A stretch of DNA of 64,000 bases from Octopus vulgaris. Taxonomy: Eukaryota. Under the pieces are notes generated by a model, which saw only the letters and a program-made list of their open reading frames with translations, searched no databases and was not told where the DNA came from. The stretch is taken from NCBI GenBank assembly GCA_951406725.2, contig OX597826.1:48236001-48300000 (forward strand), written 5' to 3'. Below, piece by piece: positions 54,318-64,000 of this stretch. The position numbers and the translations under genes were made by a program. Position 1 is the first letter of the stretch. Every line of letters begins with the position of its first letter.

Positions 54318-54532
54318 TGGGTCTGGTTTCCCTGTTTCAATGGTGTATGTGTTCCCCAGCTGGACGGGATGCCAGTCCATTGCAGCGTTACTCATTTTTG
54401 CCAGCTGAGTGGACTGGAGCAACATGAAATGAAGTGTTTTGCTCAAGAACACAATGCATCACCCGGTTCAGGAATTGAAACCACAATATTATGATCATGA
54501 TGCTGACACCCTAACCACTAAGCCACGTGCCT
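54318..54532 (-). mobile_element. CORE-like SINE nested at the same site
   Basis: CAGCTGAGTGGACTGGAGCAACATGAAATGAAGTGTTTTGCTCAAGAACACA core; CTCTTA on both sides. Confidence 0.8.
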
Positions 54533-54860
54533 CTTAACCACACAACCAAACCTACATTCACATATATCTCTCTTTACTCTTTTACTTGTTTCAGTCATTT
54601 GACTGCAGCCATGCTGGAGCACCGCCTTTAGTCGAGCAAATTGACCCTGGGACTTATTCTTTGTAAGCCCAGTACTTATTCTATCGGTCTCTTTTGCCGA
54701 ACTGCTAAGTGACGGGGACGTAAACACACCAGCATCAGTTGTCAAGCAATGCTAGGGGCACAAACAGTTGAATTCAAACTAGTTGTATTGTTAGCACACT
54801 GGACTAAATACTTAGTGGAATTTTGTCTGTTTTTATGTACACATACACATATATATATAT

Positions 54861-55940
54861 AGTGAAGAATTCAGGGTAGAGGTTGGGGTCCACCAAGGTT
54901 CAGTCCTCAGTCCCCTCCTATTTATCATAGTCCTCCAGGCAATAATGGAGGAATTCAAGACAGGATGCCCTTGGGAGCTCCTCTATGCTGATGACCTTGC
55001 TCTAATTGCTGAGTCTCTATCAGAACTAGAGGAGAAGTTTCAGGTATGGAAACAAGGTTTAGAATCGAAGGGCCTTAGAATCAACCTAGCCAAAACCAAA
55101 GTCCTAATAAGTAGGAAGGTAGACCAATCACAAACGCCTTCAGGTAGATGGCCCTGCTCGATCTGTAGAAAAGGTGTAGGTAGAAACTCTATAAGATGCA
55201 CCAAGTGTAAGCTATGGACACATAAGAGGTGCAGCAATGTCAAAGGAAGGCTAACTAGGAAGATGGTTTTTGTATGTGGCAGATGCTCAGGAACAATTAA
55301 CACTGAAAATGCTCTGAGACCAACTTCCGTCACTTTCCAGGGAGAAAAGCTAGAAGTAGTTGATAGTTTCCGTTACCTAGGTGACCAAGTCAGTAGCGGG
55401 GGTGGGTGCGCTGAAAGTATAACTGCTAGAGTAAGAATAGCCTGGGCAAAGTTTAGAGAGCTCTTACCCCTGCTGGTGACAAAAGGCCTCTTGCTCAAAG
55501 TAAAAGGCAGACTGTATGATGCATGTGTACGTACAACCATGCTACATGGTAGTGAAACTTGGGCTGTGACTGCTGAGGATTTGCGTAAGCTCGCAAGAAA
55601 TGAAGCTAGTATGCTCCGATGGATGTGTAACGTCAGTGTTCATAATTGACAGAGTGTAAGTACCTTGAGAGAAAAGTTGAACCTAAGAAGCATCAGTTGT
55701 TGTGTGCAAGAGAGACGTATGCGCTGGTATGGTCATGTGATGAGAATGGCTGAAGATAGTTGTGTGCGAAAGTGCCACACCCTGGCAGTTGAGGGGACCT
55801 GTGGAAGAGGTAGACCCAGGAAAATCTGGGTCGAGGCGGTGAAGCACGACCTTCGAACTTTAGGTCTCACCAAGGAAATGACCAGTGACCGAGACCTTTG
55901 GAAATATGCTGTGCGTGAGAAAACCCGGCAAGACCAGTGA
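54861..55940 (+). pseudogene. RTE reverse-transcriptase ORF remnant with an embedded PHD finger
   Basis: One reading frame runs from 54861 to the stop at 55938-55940 with a single in-frame TGA at 55647-55649. The N-terminus is missing. Confidence 0.92.
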
Positions 55941-55982
55941 GAACAGTCAAAATCAAACCAAATTGAGGTCGACCAACATCAG

Positions 55983-56387
55983 GGCCCCCGTGCTGGTGAC
56001 ACGTAAAAGCACCATCCGTTTGTGGCCGTTTGCCAGCTCTGTCTGGCCCCCGTGCCGGTGACACGTAAAAGCACCATCCGTTCGTGGCCGTTTGCCAGCC
56101 CTGTCTGGCCCCCGTGTCGGTGGCATGTAAAAGCACCATCCGTTCGTGTGGCCGTTTGCCAGCTCTGTCTGGCCCCCGTGCCGGTGACACGTAAAAGCAC
56201 CATCCGTTCGTGGCCGTTTGCCAGCTCTGTCTGGCCCCCGTGTTGGTGACACGTAAAAGCACCATCCGTTCGTGTCCGTTGCCAGCCTCGCCTGGCCCCC
56301 GTGCCGGTGACACGTAAAAGCACCATCCGTTCGTGGCCGTTTGCCAGCCTCGTCTGGCACCTGTGCGGGTGGCACGTAAAAAGCACC
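55983..56387 (+). repeat. 62-bp tandem array (6.5 units) in the LINE 3' UTR
   Basis: Units start at 55983, 56045, 56107, 56171, 56233, 56294 and 56356. Confidence 0.95.
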
Positions 56388-56909
56388 CACTACACTCACG
56401 GAGTGGTTCGCATTAGGAAGGGCATCCAGCCGTAGAAACACTGCCAGATCTGACTGGGCCTGATGAAGCCTTCCAGCTTCACAGACCCCAGTTGAACCGT
56501 CCAACCCATGCTAGCATGGAGAACGGACGCTAAATGATGATGATACGACGGGCTTCTTTCAGTTTCCGTCTACCAAATCCACTCACAAGGCATTGGTCGG
56601 CTCGGGGCTATAGCAGAAGACACTTGCCCAAGATGCCACGCAGTGGGACTGAACTCAGAACCGTGTAGTTGGTAAGCAAGCTACTTACCACACAACCAAA
56701 CCTACACCCACATATATGTATAAAACAGGTGAAAAAATATCAGGATAACAATAATTTCGTCCATTCTATACCAAACACATGCTGTAAGAATAGCTATCAA
56801 TTATACAACTTCCTACTTATTTTCTGCTGTTACATAGCTGTGTTGCTTTTTGCCATTCTTTTTTGCCAACAAGAAAACTGACACCATTCCAGTAGTAACC
56901 TTTAGAGAC

Positions 56910-57059
56910 GGCTTATCACAATATGCCGGCTGATATGGTCAGAGACAACTTCTTTATCTTCCTCCAACTCCCCCAACTCCTCAACACGTTGGAACACACT
57001 TCGACTTTAATACCAGTTTTAATTGGTTTAAATTGGTCAATATTATGTATATATATTGT
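56910..57059 (+). repeat. 150-bp segment duplicated at 60956-61104
   Basis: About 8 differences between the two copies. Confidence 0.92.
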
Positions 57060-57149
57060 TTCTGCTATGATGTTTTATTTTTGCTAGTAAGTCGACACCA
57101 CGGCATTCCCCACGCTGCTTTGTCTTTCTTTTGTGAGGGGTGGGGTGGG

Positions 57150-58350
57150 GTGGAAGTGGTGGTTGTGGTGGTGGTTGGGGTGGTAGTTGTGGTGGTGGAA
57201 GTGGTGGTGGTGGTGGTTGTGGTGGTGGTTGTGGTGGTGGAAGTGGTGGTGGAAGTGGTGGTGGTGGTGGTGGTGGTGGTGGTGGTTGTGGTGGGTGTAG
57301 AAGTGGTGGGTGTGGTGGTGGAAGTGGTGGTGGTGGTGGTAGAAGTGGTGGTTGTGGTGGTGGTGGTGGTGGTAGAAGTGGTGGTGGTGGTGGTGGCAAC
57401 GGTGGTGGCGGTGGCAGCAGCAGTGGCAGCAGCAGTGGCAGCAGCAGCAGTGGCAGCAGCAGCAGCAGTGGCAGCAGCAGCAGTGGCAGCAGCAGCAGTG
57501 GTGGTGGTCGTGGTTGTGGTGGTGATGGTGATCTTGATGACAATCATGAAGATCATAGTAATGATTGCAACACTTTTGGTGGTGGCCGTGTATTGCTGAT
57601 GACATAGTGGGAGATGGTGGTAGGAGTGGCAGTGGAGGTGGTGGCAGTGGCATAGCTCTTATTGTTTTGCCATTCTTTAACCCAAAATTATTCAGAACGT
57701 TGGTGCAGGCATGGCTGTGTGGTAAGAATTTTGCTTTCTAACCACATGGTTTCAGGTTCATTCCCACTACATGGCCCCTTGAGCAAGTGTCTTCTACCAT
57801 AGCTTCAAGCTGATCAAAGCCTTGTGCATGAATTTAGTAGGTAGAAACTCAAAGAAGCCCATTGTATATATATATATATTGTGTGTGTCTTTCTGATTGT
57901 GTTAGAAGTGGTGGTGGTGGTGGTGGTGGTAGTAACGGTGGTGGTGGTGGTAGTAACGGTGGTGGTGATGGTGGTGGTGGTGGTAATGGTGGTGGCGATG
58001 GTGATATTGGTGGTGGTGTAATGGTGGTGGTGATGGTATTGGTGCTGGAGATGGCATCGGTGGTGGTGGTGGTGATGACAGAGGATGACTATAACAATGA
58101 TAATGATGATGGTGATGACAACGACAATGATGATGATGACGATGATGATGACGACGATGATGACGGTCACAAAGTTCTCGATGGTGATGACAATGATGAT
58201 GATGACAATGATGGCGATGACAACAATGACAATGCCAACGATGATAACAACAATGACGATGATGACGATGATGATAACAACAATGATGATGATGACGATG
58301 GCGATGATGATGACGATGACAACAACAACGACGACGATGATGATGATGGT
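57150..58350. repeat. (GGT)n/(GCA)n/(GAT)n fields with a family A head at about 57703-57865
   Basis: Read directly. Confidence 0.9.
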
Positions 58351-58732
58351 TCTGGTGTCATGTGATGGCGTGTGTCATTAACCATAAACACTGTCTCTAA
58401 ATGACAACAAAATAACCTTATAATATTCAATAATCCTCAACAATTACTGCCTGAAATCCTATTTAGAAGCAAAGAGAGAAGGAAATATTGAAATGCTACA
58501 CCTTAATGGCTCGCTCGCTTATTAAAATTTCTTCTCTATACACGTGTTGTTTTTTTTAGTTTGTTTTTGTTTATGGTTTTTCTTGCTTTTGCTTTCTTGG
58601 TTTTTCGTTTTTTTCCCCAATATTTTCCTCAGGAAGAGGGAGAATAAAGTCACGTCTACATCTTCTGATCTTCTCTCATCATATTTCATAATTGGCTTTA
58701 TATCCTGACTCAGTTAAAATGTCTTTCTACAT

Positions 58733-58768
<36 letters not shown>

Positions 58769-60028
58769 GCGTGCACACACACACACATACACACACACAC
58801 AAATGCACACGCATATAGAAATGCACACATACACATATACAAACACAAACGTATATGTACAAACATACAAACACACACAGACACACAAACACACAAACAA
58901 ATACACATACACATACACACAGATCTGTATATCCATTTACTGTTGACTGTTGGAAAGGCGAGTGCTCAATACCACCCTAGAGATTAACAGTATATATTTC
59001 ATTTTGGTCAAGTCTGTATCTTGGTACCCAGAGCTTTGCCTAAAGACTTTGTGTCCCCATAGGCAAAACTCAACTAAGATAAAATATCACACACACACAC
59101 ACACACACATCCAAATTTAGGGAATGGAACTGATAAAATTCAGGCTACATGTTTCCTAGCTAGCAGAATCTCAAAAGTAGTAATTACGAAAATGAGGGAT
59201 ACTATGCTGGCTACTCCTCAGGTCAAAGATATCTATATATAAGTGCAGGTGTGGTTATGTAGTAAGAAGCTTGCTTCCCAAGCACATGGTTCTAGGTTCA
59301 GTCCCACTACATGGAACCTTAGGTAAAGTATCATCTACTAGAGCCTTATACTCTTAGCGCTCCACTGGCACAGGTCCCAGTCATCGAATTTGTCTGTGTT
59401 AACTACATCCCAAAGATGGAGCCTTATATCTTTGCTGGAAACTGGCTCCCTCCTCAGTGGAAGATTTATAATAATTAAATAACAGAAGAGACTTACATGA
59501 ACACACATGCATGGTGGACATCAATAAATAATGTAAAGTAAATGTAAATTTTATCAACATTTAAAAGAAAATATTAACTTCAAATTTTATAATAATGACT
59601 CTCATAAAAAATGCAACAAATGTTAATAGGAGATGGATTTTGAAGAGAATGTACCAAATTCTGACAGTGTAAATAATTCTGACTACAGTAATGAAAGTAA
59701 GGTTGGATTAATTCCAGAAATCGAAAGAAAATGGAGGACATCTATATTTCTTGAAACCGTTGTTTTAGAATTTAATTTTAACACATAGAGAGTGAGTAAA
59801 TCATAATAAGTGTTTTAAAATATTCAGTTGAAGAATACATGTGATTTTATTGACATTTTCTTTATGATTTTTGAAAAAATTGTGAACAGACAGATTTCAA
59901 AGTGAATATATAAAAAAAAAAAGAAAAGAATTTCTAGGAGCAGAATTCAGCAACTGTTAAAGTGAAGAGGAGATAACTGGAAGAAAAAATGGATAGACAA
60001 GTGCTGCTTCTATATAACTTTAGGAGTA

Positions 60029-60240
60029 GGGCAGCAAGGTGGCAGAATTGTTAGCATGCCGGGTGAAATGCTCTACGTTCTGAGATCAAATTCCGCCGAG
60101 GTCGACTTTGCCGTTCATCCTTTCGGGATCGATTAAACAAGTACCGGTTATGCACTGGGGTCGATGTAATCAACTTAATCCCTTTGTCTGTCCTTGTTTG
60201 TTCCCTTCATGTCTAGCCCCTTGAGGGCAATGAAGAAATA
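60029..60240 (+). mobile_element. Family B SINE
   Basis: Head, core and GAAATA tail. Confidence 0.88.
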
Positions 60241-60299
60241 TATATAACTTCAGGAAATTTTTAATTTAGTTCATAAATAAAATAATGAAAATTGGTTCC

Positions 60300-60700
60300 T
60301 CTTTGACTCTTTTACTCTTTTACTTGTTTCAGTCATTTGACTGCGGCCATGCTGGAGCCTTTAGTCGAACAAATCGACCCCCGGACTTATTCTTTGTAAG
60401 CCCAGTACTTATTCTATTGGTCTCTTTTGCCAAACTGCTAAGTGACAGCGACGTAAACACACCAGCATTGGTTGTCAAGCAATGCTAGGGGGACAAACAC
60501 AGACACACAAACATATACACACATATATATATATACATATATACGACGGGCTTCTTTCAGTTTCCATCTACCAAATCCACTCACAAGGTTTTGGTCGGCC
60601 CGAGGCTGTAGTAGAAGACACTTGCCGAAGATGCCATGCAGTGGGACTGAACCCGGAACCATGTGGTTGGTCAGCAAGCTAATTACCACACAGCCACTTC
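60300..60700 (-). mobile_element. Family A SINE
   Basis: Near full-length reverse copy. Confidence 0.9.
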
Positions 60701-60784
60701 GTTTATTTTTCTATTTTACAACAAAAAAGTAGATATCAATGGATCTTTCTATGATAAACATACATATACACACACACCAGACAG

Positions 60785-61220
60785 ACTGGCACTCTGTCAG
60801 TTATGGCAACAAGGGTTCCAGTTGCTCTGATCAACAGAACAGCCTGTTCATGAAATTACTGTGTAGGTGGCTGAGCACTCAACAGAGCACGACACAGAAT
60901 GTGACAAGGGTGACCCTTTGAAATACAGGCACTATTCATTTTTTGTTAGATGAGTGGCTTATCACAATATGCCGGCTGATATGGTCAGAGACAACTTCTT
61001 TATCTTCCTCAAACTCCCCAACTCCTCAAGACATATGAACACACTTCAACTTTAATACCAGTTTTAATTGGCTTAAATTGGTCAATATTATGTATATATA
61101 TTGTATATATAACGTGAAATGAAGTGTTTTGCTCAAGGAGGCAATGCACCACCAGGAACTGAACTCATGACCTTAAGATCGTGGGCCAAATACCCTAACC
61201 ACTAAACCACATGCCTTCAC
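60785..61220 (-). mobile_element. CORE-like SINE interrupted by a 150-bp insert
   Basis: The tail matches 37250-37431 and the core and head match 54400-54532; the insert is at 60956-61110. Confidence 0.8.
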
Positions 61221-61410
61221 CAAACAAACCAAAAAAACTGGTGGGCTATATGCACCTGGGTAAGTTGAAGAGAAAAACAGATTATACTTCATATAAGATC
61301 ACAATTTTAAGTTGTAGATAATAAAATGACCAACAAAGAAGATTTTATCAAAATGAAAATCTTCTGGCTACAAACAAATCAGCAACTTCCTGAAAGAAAG
61401 ATTTATAATG

Positions 61411-61461
<51 letters not shown>

Positions 61462-61464
<3 letters not shown>

Positions 61465-61860
61465 CTCTTTTAACTTGTTTCAGTCATCTGATGGCAACCA
61501 TGCTGGAGCACCGCCTTTAGTCGAGCAAATCGACCTTGGGACTTATTCTTTGTAAGCCTAGTACTTATTCTATCGGCCTTTTTTGCCAAACCGCTAAGTT
61601 ACAGGGACGTAAACACACCAGTTATCAAGCGATGTTGGGGGCACAAACACAGACACACAAACACACATACACATATACATATACATATGCATATATACGA
61701 CGGGCTTCTTTCAGTTTCCATCTACCAAATCCACTCACTAAGCTTTAGTTGGCCTGAGGCTATAGTAGAAGACACTTGCCCAAGGTGCCATGCAGTGGGA
61801 CTGAACCCGGAACCATGTGGTTGGCAAGCAAGCTACTTACCACACAGCCACTCCTGCACC
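61462..61860 (-). mobile_element. Family A SINE
   Basis: Full-length reverse copy. Confidence 0.9.
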
Positions 61861-61943
61861 TACATATATATACACACATACATCCACACATTTATTTATA
61901 TCTATATATACATACAAATATATATATATACATATATATATAC

Positions 61944-62007
<64 letters not shown>

Positions 62008-62178
62008 ACATATTTATCTCTTTATCTATCTATCTAATTATCTATCTATGTATGACTATGAATACACACAAACACACACACATACACATGCACACGTAAG
62101 CACGCACACACATATATATGTGTGTATAAATATCTGAACATATACATATGTACATGTGCATATATATATTCATATGCC

Positions 62179-62248
<70 letters not shown>

Positions 62249-62249
<1 letters not shown>

Positions 62250-62385
62250 CGGTAAAGTTTACGAAAATATACAAAAGACGAAGGCAGGTGTATTAGTATA
62301 CCGCTCAGAAATAGAGCCTACGCTCTTCGACAGAAAGATACACAGAAAAAAAACAAGGAGAGAAAAAAAGGAGAGAAAAAAAAAA
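62249..62385 (-). mobile_element. Penelope-like terminal fragment with half a hammerhead
   Basis: Minus strand CTTT-CTGTCGA-A-GAGC-GTAG-GCTC (62314-62337) with the GAAA half missing; flanked by (TA)n. Confidence 0.5.
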
Positions 62386-62824
62386 TATATATATATATAA
62401 ATTCACATGCATACACACAAGCATCATCATCATTGTTTCATTGTTTTAATGTACAATTTTGATGCATGCATCACAGGGAGATTATTTCCAACTGCCTTCC
62501 CTGTCACCAACCGTTATCTGTCTACAAGCAAGGTATTATTTCCCACGTAGCTAGATATGTCTTTGCAGGATATCAAAAATGAATGACATTGATTTACAAC
62601 AATCTCACAAACACACACACACACATACATGTACATATATATCTATATCACCGGCTTCTTTTAGTTTCTGTCAGCCAAGTAAATTCACAAGACTTTTGAT
62701 GCCCAGAACTATATTAGAAGCCCAAGATACTATGCTGGGATTGAACACAAAGTCATGTAGTTGGAAAGCAAATACCTAAACCACACAGCCACACTTCCAT
62801 AAGAGTATGTGTGCGTGTGTGTGT

Positions 62825-62857
<33 letters not shown>

Positions 62858-62861
<4 letters not shown>

Positions 62862-63117
62862 GAACCATCAAGCCAAGTAAAATCGTAGTCATAGCAGATA
62901 CTGGTGGCACGCAAATGGCACCTATGCTGGTGGCATGAAAAAGCACTCATTACACTCTTGGAATGGTTGGCGTTAGGAAGGGCATCCAGCTGTAGAAAAC
63001 TATGCCAAATAAGACTGGAGTCTGGTGCAGTCTTCCAGCTTACCAGCCATGGTCAAACCGTCCAACCCATGCCAGCGAAGACAACAGATGTTAAATGACT
63101 ATGATGATGATGATGAT
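62858..63117 (+). mobile_element. RTE-family 3' UTR fragment
   Basis: TGGTTGGCGTTAGGAAGGGCATCCAGCTGTAGAAA and a (TGA)n tail. Confidence 0.85.
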
Positions 63118-63127
63118 ATATATAAAC

Positions 63128-63360
63128 TTGTATGGCTATGTGGTAAGAAGTTTGTTTCCCAACCACAGGGTTCTGGGTTCAGTCCTACTACATGGCACCT
63201 TGGGCAAATGTCTTCTACTATAGCCTCAGATCAACCTTGTGAGTAGAATAAGTACTAGTCTTACAAAGAATAAGTCCTGGGTCGATTTGTTCGACTAAAG
63301 GCAGTGCTCCAGCATGGCTGCAGTCAAATGACTGAAACAAATAAAGGAATAAAAAAAGAA
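63128..63360 (+). mobile_element. Family A SINE with an internal deletion
   Basis: The head joins directly to TAGAATAAGTACTAG; the internal microsatellite block is absent. Confidence 0.8.
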
Positions 63361-63408
<48 letters not shown>

Positions 63409-63427
63409 TATATATATATATATTCAC

Positions 63428-63485
<58 letters not shown>

Positions 63486-63904
63486 GTATATGTATATGTA
63501 TATTAAACATCAATATTACTTTATATTTATATATATGCACACACATACATATATATTTTTATATTGATATATGTGTGTGTGTGTGTGCGTGTGTGTGTGT
63601 ACTTAAATATCAGTTTTACATCTATAATCTGATGCAAATAAAAAACACAAGCATTTAACGAAGTGAGTACATGTTAACTGAGTATTGTAAAAAAAGAAAG
63701 AGAAAAAACATTCCAAAACTACAAAAAAAAACCCAACAAAAACACAAACAAATACAAAAACATTCCCAGTTGTTTTTAATTTAATTATTTAGAATATAGA
63801 TACCATAGCTAAGAACTATAAATGAGTTTCTATTCATTTTCATTATCAGGAATCTAATTAATGCTGAGAATACACCAACACCACTACCAATATTAAGAAG
63901 ACCG

Positions 63905-63905
<1 letters not shown>

Positions 63906-63973
<68 letters not shown>
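63906..63973. repeat. (TAA)n microsatellite
   Basis: Read directly. Confidence 0.97.
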
Positions 63974-64000
63974 GTAATGAGAACAAGAAAAAGAAGAAGA

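Larger units (their letters stand above)
54861..56544 (+). mobile_element. 5'-truncated RTE-clade LINE
   Basis: RT motifs GVHQGSVLSPLLF, LLYADDL, GLRINLAKTKVL and LEVVDSFRYLG; RTE C-terminus RWYGHVMR...GRGRPRK; 3' UTR and TAAA(TGA)n tail. Confidence 0.95.
54568..56700 (-). mobile_element. Young family A SINE split by the RTE LINE
   Basis: The 3' half is at 54568-54767; the 5' half resumes at 56545 (ACGACGGGCTTCTTTCAG). Confidence 0.88.

Noticed and set aside
55983-56387. CRISPR-like appearance of the regular array
   Set aside because: Whole units repeat with no unique spacers, there are no cas genes, and the array lies in a eukaryotic LINE 3' UTR.
59418-59460. Minus-strand CTGAGGA with a GGAGCC/GGCTCC stem
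   Set aside because: The GAAA/stem III half is absent; at most a fragment.

Overview
This is AT-rich animal non-coding DNA. It is most likely intronic or intergenic sequence from a coleoid cephalopod such as Octopus; that is inferred from the SINE families and the very high microsatellite load, and was not checked by a search. I found no convincing host protein-coding exon, rRNA or true tRNA gene. Nearly all ORFs in the track are translations of (TA)n, (CA)n, (GATA)n, (CAT)n, (GGT)n or (TAA)n repeats, or of SINEs. The window is a mosaic of: three tRNA-head SINE groups, which I label A, B and CORE-like; 5'-truncated LINEs of the RTE, CR1 and R4/Dong types; DD37D maT transposon remnants; mariner, hAT and TTAA-type MITEs; and short Penelope-like (PLE) terminal-repeat fragments sitting in (TA)n tracts. 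The most notable signals are: (1) several unrelated minimal type-I hammerhead ribozyme folds in the PLE-like fragments, some inside long fold-back palindromes and one with a compensatory U3-A8 core; (2) a young RTE LINE with a C4HC3 PHD finger inside its reverse-transcriptase region and a 62-bp hairpin array in its 3' UTR; (3) a multi-layer nested insertion stack at 53.8-56.7 kb; (4) a probable templated 150-bp insertion copied from 4 kb away. All folds and alignments were done by eye, and element boundaries are approximate unless a TSD or TIR is cited.
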